A stretch of DNA of 64,000 nucleotides from Eledone cirrhosa (lineage: Eukaryota), in NCBI GenBank assembly GCA_964016885.1, contig OZ024755.1:38006001-38070000 (forward strand), read 5' to 3'. Below, in pieces: positions 26,296 through 38,005 of the stretch. Position numbers and translations under genes: made by a program. Every line of letters starts with the position of its first letter. Position 1 is the stretch's first letter. The notes beneath the pieces are model-generated. The model worked only from the letters and a program-made list of their open reading frames with translations, was not told where the DNA came from and did no database searches.

Positions 26296-26354
26296 ACTGT
26301 TATATATATTTCGGTGATAACCATTATTGAACAGCTATGACCTCATCAGGCAGC
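26296..26354 (-). ncRNA. Type I hammerhead-like motif with a long stem II and palindromic stem III
   Basis: Minus strand reads gctgc-CTGATGA-ggtcatagctgtt-caat-aatggttatcacc-GAAA-TATATA-TA-acagt, followed by AATAAA. Stem II pairs at 12 of 13 positions including G-U. Confidence 0.7.
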
Positions 26355-26488
26355 TAGAACTTGAACAGAAAAAACAAAAAAACATAATGGTGGAACAAAG
26401 TTTGCCTCCGTTATTTCGGTCCTTTGATATGCCCAGTTCCGAAGTGTGGTGTTGTTTTCTCAAAGAACTGGTGGCAAATGTGTGTGTG

Positions 26489-26520
<32 letters not shown>

Positions 26521-27024
26521 CACACACAATTTTACATCTAATTTATATCAATGTATTATTTGACATTTCAAATATGGCTCTAAAAATGTTACTCATTTTT
26601 TTTGTTTAAAAAAAAAACTTACTTGTTTTAGATTAACTTCAATTTTAAATATATCATATTTAATTTTAAGGCAGATTTAAACAAAATTTAAAATCCTTTG
26701 TTCGAAGAAAACATTCTGAAAGTTAATATTTTCATTTTTGTATTTTCTTTTATCTTCTCTGTCTTTCTGTCTGTCTATCTGTCTGTCTGTCTGTCTGTCT
26801 CTGTCTGTCCCTGCTTATTCTCTCTCTCTCTCTATTTTATATATATTTTTTTTCATTTAAATTTTTTTATTTATGGATTTAATTTTTATTCTTTATCTCC
26901 TTGGTTTTATTTTATTTTATTTGGTTTTATTTTATTCTATTTTATTTTATTCTTTTTTCTTTTTTATTTTTTATTTCACCCCTTCCTATTTTTTTTTTTC
27001 TTTTATGCATGTGTGGTTTTTCAG

Positions 27025-27093
27025 ATGAATCTAGTCTACTACCACCGGTGGGCAAAACTAGTGTGGTAGGGCAACCAGTGATGGTATCTGAGG
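27025..27093 (+). CDS. Small symmetric exon (69 nt, phase 1-1), probably a cassette exon: (D)ESSLLPPVGKTSVVGQPVMVSE
   Basis: Very long T-rich tract ending ggtttttcAG, donor GAGG|GTAAGA, GC-richer island in AT-rich intron, frame-preserving. Confidence 0.65.
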
Positions 27094-27222
27094 GTAAGAA
27101 CTCATGTTTAACTTCACTTATAATAATTGACATGAGTTATGTTACTGCACTGCCATATTAACCATTTTATTTTATTTATTTATTTACCATCGGTTTCAAA
27201 TTGGATGTTGCTGCTACTAATA

Positions 27223-27276
<54 letters not shown>

Positions 27277-27279
27277 TGT

Positions 27280-27312
<33 letters not shown>

Positions 27313-27381
27313 AGGATAACATTAGGAAAGATGCTGTGTTGACATAATATATGTATATATATATAAATGAAAGGTATAGAA

Positions 27382-27441
<60 letters not shown>

Positions 27442-27476
27442 ATATATGTATATGTGTGTGTATATATATATGTGAG

Positions 27477-27523
<47 letters not shown>

Positions 27524-27528
27524 GTATG

Positions 27529-27560
<32 letters not shown>

Positions 27561-30141
27561 AGTGTGTATATATATATGTGTGTATATATGTATGTATATG
27601 TATGTATATATATATATATGTATATGTATGTATATATATATATATATGTATATGTGTGTATATATGTATATGTGTGTATATATGTATATGTGTGTATATA
27701 TATATGTATGTGTATGTATATATATATATATATGTGTGTATATATGTATATGTGTATATATATATATTATATGACGGGGCCTTCATAAAGATTATTTTAA
27801 AATATTTTTTATTTCCTATAGAAATGCTGATTTTTAAAGACTTTATTTTTGTTACATATCTAAGGAAACTTAAGATGATTCTCCCTGCATATTTAAACAC
27901 CAATAATAATTGTTTCTACTTTTGGCACAAGGCCAGCAATCATCCCAGTGTATTACTGGTACTTTATTTTATTGACCCTATTAGGTTGAAAGTCAAAGTT
28001 AACCTCGGTGGGATTTGGTCTCGGACCATAAAAGGACGTAACTCTGTGCAGCAAAGCATGGCATCCAACCCTCCACTCAAACTGCCAATTAGCTGCCAAT
28101 GATAATACAATAAACAATCACTGGAATGGAACTCTATTAGTTCCAATGATGAGTGTTCCATTTGTTTGATCTACAGAATGGTCGGCTCTTGAAGCTAATG
28201 TGCAAGCGGCTGAGCATTCTACCACTTGTGTACCTTTAATGTAGTTCTCAAGGAGATTCAGCATGACACAGTGTGTCACAAGGCTAACCTTTTGAATGAT
28301 AGGTACAGGCTTCCAAGTAGTTTCCACCTACCCAATTTCACTGACAAGGCATGGGTTGACTGGTAGTCATGATAGAAGACCCTAACCCCCCGATGCCGTT
28401 CAGTGGGATCAAACCTGTCACCTAACCATTTGACCAAGCTGTGTCCACAGTGAACCAATATGTGATGTATCCACAGTGAACCAATATGTGAACCTAAACC
28501 ACCACAATATTTAGTTGTGGTTTAGCCCCCTATAATCAAAGGCTTTCCAGCAATGACTATATTGTTGTATACCTAAGACTACTTTTACTAAAAGGCGGAT
28601 GAACTCTTCAGATTCAATGGCCATCCACCCCAACTCTGGGTTAAATAACCTCACCATCTGTAATTTGAACCCGCAATAATCTGATTGTGAGCCCAACAAC
28701 CTATCCACAAGGCCACATAACCTTTAAGAAATAAAGAAAATAGAGAGTTATGCTGCATGGTATTTTGTCTGACCCCTTCCTGCTATTCCCCTTCCTCTTC
28801 ACTACCCTTCATAATAATAATAATGATTTCTACTATAACACATGGCCAGCAATTTTGGGGGGAAGGGGGAATTTGATTACATTAAACCTGGTACTGGACT
28901 GGACTGGACTGGTACTTTATTTTATCGACTCTGGAAGGATTAAAGACAAAACTGACCACAGCAAAATTAAGGACTTCTAAATAGGTATTAAGTCCACAAA
29001 TTTCTGAGGAGGAACGTAGGGTTCTTAATTTTAGCCCTGTTATTTTTATGTATGGGAGTTCTAATTTTGATTCAAGGTTGTAAACTTGGGAGCAGGGATG
29101 TACTTTGTTTAATTTATCCCTTCACTTGTCTAGTATTTCATCAGCCACCAGAAGTATGTAGGTTAACACTGGGAGAATTAAATGTATGTTAGGGTGGTGG
29201 TGTTTAGCCTCAGATCAGCTCTGACCTAGCAGACATATGATAAGAGGCATTCCAGCCACAACTCCCCACCCTTAGCTAACATATTTCTACATAGTGTTCC
29301 CTGGACTGTATTATCTAACATGTCCTTTAATACTTTTGATACCAACATGCTCAGAACTGTTTCTGGTTTTTTGTAATCAGATATAAACATTCATGTTAAA
29401 AGGTTCCTTTTTAAATTAAAACCCTCCAACATAATTTTATACAAGAACCTTTCTGTTACAAATACCATCTTAATGAACTAATTAATAATTTTAGTAAAAT
29501 CCTTCTAAATTCATTGTTAACCTTCAACATACTGAATATTTTTATGAGTTGCTTCCCTTGGCACTGCATTATGTATCAAGGGGAGATTACTCTAGTGTTG
29601 CAATTTGTCGCCAATAGTGTGTTAAAAGTTAATTTAATTAAAAAAACAATGTATTTCATTAGAAATATGATCGGAAAAGGGTTAAGATAGCAGGGAGTGA
29701 TTTGAGGGAGATTTGAGTGAAATTTTGGTTGACATTTCCAGCAAGAAACACCCTTATTGGCTTGTATGTTTTAGATATGAACTGTAGATAATAGTCACTT
29801 CTGGCTTTTTATTTTATTTGCTTGCTCAATGCTATTTTGCCTAAAAATATTTATAAATTCCATTAGTTTTCTTTTGTGCTTTGGTATATATTTTTAATGT
29901 TATGTACAGGTTTTAGTTGATTTTTTTTAACCCAAATCTATATCTTATTATAGCTATACATTATACCAGTGATACAATGGTGAGGAGTTTTGTGCTTAAA
30001 GGCTTCTTATCAAACCAGTTTGATAAGTGTTTTTAAGCACATAGCTCCTGGAGTTACTAGAAAGGCTTCACAGCTATAATAAAATATCTCTCTACCCATG
30101 TACTGAGTTTTGTTTCTCCCATTTCTGCATCGAAACATACA

Positions 30142-30172
<31 letters not shown>

Positions 30173-30332
30173 TTCTGCTATAGGTGTCAGGAAGACACTC
30201 AGCAAGAAATAGAAACAAAACTGAAGGAAGAGGAAAAACACAACCAAGGCCAACAATTTTGGGGGAGGGACAAGTTGATTAAATCAACCCCAGTGCATTA
30301 CTGGTGCTTCATTTTAATAATTTTAATAATAA

Positions 30333-31452
30333 AACACTACAAAATACCAACAGAAAAAATGGTGGTACAGTCACATCAGAAATAGTGTTAGGGAATGACA
30401 AAACAACCACATCCTGAGAGATGCCAATACAGAGAGGGATCAAAGACCACTGGCTGGGTATTATAGTCAAAGCCAACTGGCTGTGTATTATAGTCAAAGC
30501 CAACTGGCTGGGTATTATAGTCAAAGCCAACTGGCTGGGTATTATAGTCAAAGCCAACTGGCTGGGTATTATAGTCAAAGCCAACTGGCTGTGTATTATA
30601 GTCAAAGCCAACTGGCTGGGTATTATAGTCAAAGCCAACTGGCTGGGTATTATAGTCAAAGCCAACTGGCTGGGTATTATAGTCAAAGCCAACTGGCTGG
30701 GTATTATAGTCAAAGCCAACTGGCTGGGTATTATAGTGAAAGCCAACTGGCAGTGTATTATAGTCAAAGCCAACTGGCTGGGTATTATAGTCAAAGCCAA
30801 CTGGCTGTGTATTATAGTCAAAGCCAACTGGCTGTGTATTATAGTCAAAGCCAACTGGCTGTGTATTATAGTCAAAGCCAATTGGCTGTGTATTATAGTC
30901 AAAGCCAACTGGCTGGGTATTATAGTCAAAGCCAACTGGCTGGGTATTATAGTCAAAGCCAACTGGCTGTGTATTATAGTCAAAGCCAACTGGCTGTGTA
31001 TTATAGTCAAAGCCAACTGGCTGGGTATTATCGTCAAAGCCAACTGGCTGGGTATTATAGTCAAAGATCACTGGCTGGGTATTATAGTCAAAGCCAACTG
31101 GCTGTGTATTATAGTCAAAGCCAACTGGCTGTGTATTATCGTCAAAGCCAACTGGCTGGGTATTATAGTCAAAGATCACTGGCTGTGTATTATAGTCAAA
31201 GCCAACTGGCTGTGTATTATAGTCAAAGCCAACTGGCTGGGTATTATAGTCAAAGATCACAAAGAAAGGAAGTTTTCTCCACAGATGACAATATACCAAG
31301 GAATTGGAGAAACTCTCCAAATATAAAGATCTAGAGATAGAAATAACCCAAATGAAGATGATGAAAGCAGAAACAATACCTATAATATTAGGTGCTTTGG
31401 AAATGATAAAAAACACAGACAAATACATAACCAAACTCCGAGGACTTACAAA
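30333..31452 (+). pseudogene. R4/Dong-like non-LTR retrotransposon C-terminal restriction-like endonuclease fragment, interrupted by a 27-bp array
   Basis: KHYKIPTEK..WY.H..E.VL.NDK....EMPIQR.IK[array]IIVKDHKERK...EKLSKYKDLEIEITQM..KAETIPIILGAL. Confidence 0.8.
30441..31260. repeat. 27-bp minisatellite (AAAGCCAACTGGCTGKGTATTATAGTC), about 30 copies
   Basis: Direct periodicity; reads in frame as KANWLGIIV. Confidence 0.98.
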
Positions 31453-31676
31453 TACAGTTGTTCCCCAGTATTTGTGGATGTTCCTAGAGCATCTGCAAAT
31501 ATGGGATGTGGTTCATAAAAATGCCTATAAACATGAAAACATGACATAAAATACAGGCCAGCAAATATGGTATATTTTTATCAAAAATTTAGCGTTAAAT
31601 AGCGTGAAAAATATTTATTGCCATGGAAAAAAGCCGTAAAATAAAAAGCCATTGAATCTGTGAAACAATGGTCTAT

Positions 31677-33285
31677 GTACTAGTAGTACTATAGTTCCTA
31701 TATAGTGTTTCTAACACATTAGTACTAGTAGTACTATAGTTCCTATATAGTGTTTCTAACACATTAGTACTAGTAGTACTATAGTTCCTATATAGTGTTT
31801 CTAACACATTAGTACTAGTAGTACTATAGTTCCTATATAGTGTTTCTAACACATTAGTACTAGTAGTACTATAGTTCCTATATAGTGTTTCTAACACATT
31901 AGTACTAGTAGTACTATAGTTCCTATATAGTGTTTCTAACACATTAGTACTAGTAGTACTATAGTCCCTATATAGTGTTTCTAACACATTAGTACTAGTA
32001 GTACTATAGTTTGTATATAGTGTTTCTAACACATTAGTACTAGTAGTACTATAGTTTGTATATAGTGTTTCTAACACATTAGTACTAGTAGTACTATAGT
32101 CCCTATATAGTGTTTCTAACACATTAGTACTAGTAGTACTATAGTCCCTATATAGTGTTTCTAACACATTAGTACTAGTAGTACTATAGTTTGTATATAG
32201 TGTTTCTAACACATTAGTACTAGTAGTACTATAGTTCGTATATAGTGTTTCTAACACATTAGTACTAGTAGTACTATAGTCCCTATATAGTGTTTCTAAC
32301 ACATTAGTACTAGTAGTACTATAGTCCCTATATAGTGTTTCTAACACATTAGTACTAGTAGTACTATAGTCCCTATATAGTGTTTCTAACACATTAGTAC
32401 TAGTAGTACTATAGTTCGTATATAGTGTTTCTAACACATTAGTACTAGTAGTACTATAGTTCGTATATAGTGTTTCTAACACATTAGTACTAGTAGTACT
32501 ATAGTCCCTATATAGTGTTTCTAACACATTAGTACTAGTAGTACTATAGTCCCTATATAGTGTTTCTAACACATTAGTACTAGTAGTACTATAGTTCTTA
32601 TATAGTGTTTCTAACACATTAGTACTAGTAGTACTATAGTTCCTATATAGTGTTTCTAACACATTAGTACTAGTAGTACTATAGTTCCTATATAGTGTTT
32701 CTAACACATTAGTACTATTAGTACTATAGTTTGTATATAGTGTTTCTAACACATTAGTACTAGTAGTACTATAGTTCTTATATAGTGTTTCTAACACATT
32801 AGTACTAGTAGTACTATAGTCCCTATATAGTGTTTCTAACACATTAGTACTAGTAGTACTATAGTTCTTATATAGTGTTTCTAACACATTAGTACTAGTA
32901 GTACTATAGTTCCTATATAGTGTTTCTAACACATTAGTACTAGTAGTACTATAGTTCCTATATAGTGTTTCTAACACATTAGTACTATTAGTACTATAGT
33001 TTGTATATAGTGTTTCTAACACATTAGTACTAGTAGTACTATAGTTCTTATATAGTGTTTCTAACACATTAGTACTAGTAGTACTATAGTCCCTATATAG
33101 TGTTTCTAACACATTAGTACTAGTAGTACTATAGTTCTTATATAGTGTTTCTAACACATTAGTACTAGTAGTACTATAGTCCCTATATAGTGTTTCTAAC
33201 ACATTAGTACTAGTAGTACTATAGTTCTTATATAGTGTTTCTAACACATTAGTACTATAGTTCGTATATAGTTTTTCTAACACAG
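31677..33285. repeat. 45-bp minisatellite rich in short palindromes (TAGTACTA, ACTAGT, ACTATAGT), about 35 copies
   Basis: Unit TAGTAGTACTATAGTTCCTATATAGTGTTTCTAACACATTAGTAC. Confidence 0.98.
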
Positions 33286-33534
33286 TCTTTCTTTTAGTAC
33301 TACTTCTCTAACGTTCTACTATAGTATATTGTAGTCACCGTCATCAGTACCACACTTGTAATGCTATACTAGTGTAATTTAGGTTCACATTTCTCATGCT
33401 GTACACACTTGTAGATCTATGTTACTAATACAGTAGTTATCTTTAGTTCTATTATATTGTAAAATAATGATATTTAATTTCTGTGTGGGTAGGGATTCTG
33501 TGGTGGAAACACAAACAAACAAACGAGGAGTGTA

Positions 33535-33844
33535 ATCAAAGAGAAATAGGACGAAGGTAAACAGTTACAAAAGGATTTAATCCACGTATTAACAATTGTT
33601 TCATCAGAATTTCAGTCCATTATTGCTACACTATGTCATAATAGGCAATCAAGAAAGATACTGTGACATCCGAATTTTCAAAATACAAAGTTGAAAATAT
33701 TTTGAAAATTCGGATGTCACAGTATCTTTCTTGATTGCCTATTATGACATAGTGTAGCAATAATGGACTGAAATTCTGATGAAACAATTGTTAATACGTG
33801 GATTAAATCCTTTTGTAACTGTTTACCTTCGTCCTATTTCTCTT

Positions 33845-33848
<4 letters not shown>
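33535..33848. repeat. Essentially perfect fold-back (151-bp arms, 12-nt loop 33686-33697) abutting (TA)n
   Basis: No arm mismatches seen on reading. Confidence 0.95.
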
Positions 33849-33932
<84 letters not shown>

Positions 33933-34039
33933 ATTCAGTAAAAGTTGTTTTGGTAAAAAAAAAAACAGGAGCAAGCAGGAGAAAGCTCTCTACATTCGTT
34001 GTGTGTAGTTACGATGGAGATTCAATATAAAAATAACAT

Positions 34040-34368
34040 TAAGAAAAATGCTGATGTTACATAAATCGTTTATTCATTATAATTATTTCAATGGTTCCCA
34101 TATGCAATCCAAGATGTAATATATACATATGTATATGGTATGGGAACGGTATCTTCAGATGAAATATCGATTTATGTGATATGCTTGCCAGGCACACAAG
34201 AAGAAGAACGTTTCTTTTTTGCCTGCAACATATCACATAAACGGATATTTGATCTGAAGATATCGCTCCCATACCAACAACAAATGTATATATTACATCT
34301 TGGATTCTTTAAGGGAACCATTGAAATAATTCTAATGAATAAATGATTTATGTCAGCATTTTTCTTAT
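34040..34368. repeat. Diverged fold-back with a hammerhead-like motif in each arm (- strand 34073-34163; + strand 34249-34339)
   Basis: Minus arm reads ttcat-CTGAAGA-taccgttcccata...tatgggaaccatt-GAAA-TAATTA-TA-atgaa, overlapping AATAAA. The plus arm has the same layout with substitutions. Confidence 0.8.
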
Positions 34369-34422
34369 ACATATATATATATGGAGGAGGTTATAGTTCA
34401 CTTGAAGCATTGTGTAATGAGG

Positions 34423-34866
34423 TATAAACGTTTGTATATGTATAATAAAGCCAAAACAATGCAAGTATGGACATAGAATAAAGAATGCAAATGCAAAAGA
34501 TATTGTTGACAAATAGTCAATACTAGTACCTTAGATTTATTTAAATGTCCTTAATTTTCGAGATAATATCTCTTCTTCAGAGCGAAGTAAAGTTGTCAAC
34601 CAGTGTTCTAAATAGCTTGCCAAGTCATGCTGACAGGAAATGGTATATACCATTTCCTGTCAGCATGACTTGGCAAGCTATTTAGAACACTGGTTTAACC
34701 GCTTTACTTCCCTCCGAAGAAGAGATATTATCTCGAAAATTAAGGACATTTAAATAAATCTAAGGTAAAAGACTATTTGTCAACAATATCTTTTGCATTT
34801 GCATTCTTTATTCTATGTCCATACCTGCATTGTTTTGGCTTTATTATACATATACAAACGTTTATA
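34423..34866. repeat. Loop-less palindrome (about 220-bp arms, centre 34646/34647) with a vestigial hammerhead core in each arm
   Basis: Centre tggtat|atacca. Arms contain CYGAAGA-a-gagat-att-atctc-GAAA-at-TA-agg. Confidence 0.9.
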
Positions 34867-35019
34867 TATATATATATATATATTAGCAATGCACATGTTG
34901 GCAGTTACATTTATTTTTCCGTTCTCAGAATTTGAACATACATCTTGTCCTAGCTAATCATCAGATTTGAATATATTTCAAAATACAAAATTACAATCAA
35001 GTTACTATGTGTATATGTA

Positions 35020-35306
35020 CACACACACAGAGACACATACACACAGACACATACACACATACACCGACACACACACACAGACAGACACACACACACACAC
35101 ACACACACGTACACACACACACACACACAGAGACACATACACACAGACACACACACAGACACATACACACATACACCGACACACACACACAGACAGACAC
35201 ACACACACACACACACGTACACACACACACACACAGAGACACATACACACAGACACACACACAGACACATACACACATACACCGACACACACACAGACAA
35301 ACACAC

Positions 35307-35342
<36 letters not shown>

Positions 35343-35590
35343 ACACACACACACACATACACACACAGAGACACATACACACAGACACACACACAGACAC
35401 ATACACACATACACCGACACACACACACAGACAGACACACACACACACACACACACACGTACACACACACACACACACAGAGACACATACACACAGACAC
35501 ACACACAGACACATACACCGACACACACACACACACAGACAAACACACACACGCACACACACACACACACACAGACACACACACACACAG
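35020..35590. repeat. Compound (CA)n microsatellite with a higher-order unit
   Basis: Recurrent interruptions CCGAC, CACGT and AGAGAC. Confidence 0.95.
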
Positions 35591-35631
35591 CTATAGAGAT
35601 AAAATAGCCGAACTCAGTGCAAACTTTATTT

Positions 35632-35721
35632 GCATATTACAACTGTTTTAATATTGATCAGCTCAGGGTACAATTAAGGTGACGGGTCCGAGCCCTTTTT
35701 TTGACATCTCATCAGATATAC
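35632..35721 (-). ncRNA. Decayed hammerhead-like motif (GAAA mutated to AAAA) with an extended stem II
   Basis: Minus strand reads gtatat-CTGATGA-gatgt...gctcgg...ctgagc...atatt-AAAA-C-agtt-GTA-atatgc, then AATAAA. Stem I is 6 bp. Confidence 0.45.
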
Positions 35722-35907
35722 GAGCTTATATGTGTGTGTGGTGTGTGTATGAATGTATATAAATATGTGGGGGGGAGGGCATGTATAAACATAAATATGG
35801 TTATGTATCTATATATATATATATATATATCCGTCTATATATATATCTGTCTAACCCATGCTAGCGTGGAAGATAGACGTTAAACGAAGATGATGATGAG
35901 ATGATGA

Positions 35908-35951
<44 letters not shown>

Positions 35952-35956
35952 TTTGT

Positions 35957-36390
35957 TTTTGAATTTGTTTTGCAAGACTTCTTATCCCAAAACGTGTATT
36001 TAAACAGATATTGTTATACTTTGGGAGGGTCATGTTGCCAATAAAAACACATGCACCTGTTGATTTTCACTTCAATTTATTACAAATTTCCGATTGGTTG
36101 GTTCAATAACTGGACAGTTGTTTATTATCAGAGCTGTTTCATCACATATTCTGTATAGGATAGAACAAAGGAGGGACACAAAATAACAAATCAGTCACTG
36201 AGGAGGTCACAGAATGTGTGACGAAAGAACTTTGACAATATATAAACAGCCATCTACAAATTTATAATAAATTGAAGTGAAAACCAATAGGTGCGTGTGT
36301 TTTTATTGGCTGCCTGACCCTCCCAAAGTGTAACAATGTCGGTTTCAACACACGATTTCAGATAAGAATTTTTATAATATAATTTTCAGA
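35957..36390. repeat. Old diverged fold-back with a hammerhead-like motif on the + strand at 36194-36236
   Basis: Arms such as ctttgggagggtca / tgaccctcccaaag. Motif gtca-CTGAGGA-g-gtcac-agaatgt-gtgac-GAAA-gaac-TT-tgac. Confidence 0.7.
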
Positions 36391-36799
36391 AATGTTATTT
36401 TGTAAATACAAATCTGTCAGAGTAGCACTCAATTTGTTAGTGGTAGAAACGGTGTTGTGTAGTAACACAATCAGTCGGTGTCGCGGACCACGTAGTTATA
36501 ACACTACACCTCACACCTAGTAAGTCTATATGTAAAACACCATCCACAGAAACTGTAATTCACAAAAACATCCAGAGAATTTATGCAGCCAAGACTGGTA
36601 GAGCGAATTATCAACGGAATTTAGTCCCAATCTTCTGTTGAGGAGGTGTGTTTGTGACAACAACAGTGACTGAATGTAACAATTCATGACAACAGCAGCA
36701 TCACATGACGTTCCAATGAGGAAGACTGTCAGGCCTAGTTGATAGAACTAATCACACTATTGGCCGTTAAATTCAAACATTGAAAATTGCGCCAGAAGA

Positions 36800-36852
<53 letters not shown>

Positions 36853-36855
<3 letters not shown>

Positions 36856-37296
36856 TAGAAGGGAAAGACCAAGAAGAGTGTGTTTTCCTTTACAGGAATT
36901 TCAAACCACCAGTGTGAAGAGAATATAAGCTACCAGAGGCATAGGAAAAACATTAAAATTAAAAGTAGAAATACTGCCTCGCGCACGCATTTCACTTATA
37001 TCTACACGTGCAAAAGGTAGTTTACTTTAGTTCTCTCTAGCAGTGCGGACAATATCGGTCTCTCTACATGCTGATGACCCCCAGGGCCATATTGAAACCC
37101 ACTAAAATGGCGAAACATTCTCCTGGTGAGGTTGTACATGTGTGACTTAGATATGAGGTTGGTTTCTCATTTTAATTTATACTTTTAATTTTAATGTTTT
37201 TCCTATGCCTCTAGTAGCTTATATTCTCTTCACGCTGGTGGTTTGAAATTCCTGTAAAGAAAAACACACTCTCCTGTGTCTTTCCCCTCTATATAT
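36853..37296. repeat. Inverted repeat (arms about 36853-36972 and 37175-37296) flanked by (TA)n, enclosing a hammerhead motif
   Basis: tttacaggaatttcaaaccaccag...aaaattaaaagta is mirrored downstream with few mismatches. Confidence 0.9.
37065..37142 (+). ncRNA. Type I hammerhead ribozyme candidate with a full stem III and GUA cleavage triplet (cut predicted after 37136)
   Basis: Stem I tacatg/catgtg; CTGATGA 37071-37077; 8-nt insertion; stem II gccat/atggc; GAAA 37112-37115; stem III cattctc/gaggttg; GTA 37134-37136. Confidence 0.7.
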
Positions 37297-37794
37297 TGTA
37301 TTTTAAAGTGCCCAGGAAAACTCTTTCCTTTGAGCTCATTTAATTACAGGATTATACGCGAGTCCTTTGCTCCGTTATTTTACTTGATATATATATATTT
37401 ATATATATATATAATTTGGAGTATGTGTTGTTTTCTTACCGACACCTCAGTATTATATATATAATATATATAAACATATTTACATGTTCATCTATGCTCA
37501 TTTAATTTGTCTCATTTATTTTTTAATTATTGATTATCTAACATTGAAGATAAATATTGAAATATTGTTAAATTACCAAATGTTCTTCCTTAATTTTGCA
37601 GTACTTTATCTAAATCTGTAACCCTTAGATCAATAAACCTTACTTTTCAGCTGCCACTTAGGATTGAACCTGAATATTTTCCAAATATTTTCCATTTTCT
37701 GCTCCTTCATTATATTTTCTAGTTGTTAATATTGTTTTCCCTCATTCTGACAGTCTCGTTTATCTGGATACGATTGACGACTGGACTCTCGATA

Positions 37795-38005
37795 TATCAT
37801 CGCCATTGTCACCATCACCATCACCATCTTCATCAGCTTCATCATCACCGTTGACACCATCACCATTGTCATTGTCACCATCACCATTGTCATTATCATC
37901 ATCACCATTGACACCATCATCATCACCATTGTCACCATTGTCACCATCACCATCCCCATTGTCACCATCGCCATTGTCACCATCATCAACATCATCATCA
38001 TCACT
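37795..38005. repeat. Degenerate (CAT/CAC)n trinucleotide repeat
   Basis: Low-complexity tract; it explains the poly-D/G and poly-M ORFs. Confidence 0.9.

Noticed and set aside
22173-33283. Long repeat ORFs of 591, 348, 301, 283, 251 and 536 aa
   Set aside because: All are translations of 48, 27 and 45-bp tandem units whose lengths are multiples of three; two arrays are demonstrably transposon-derived.
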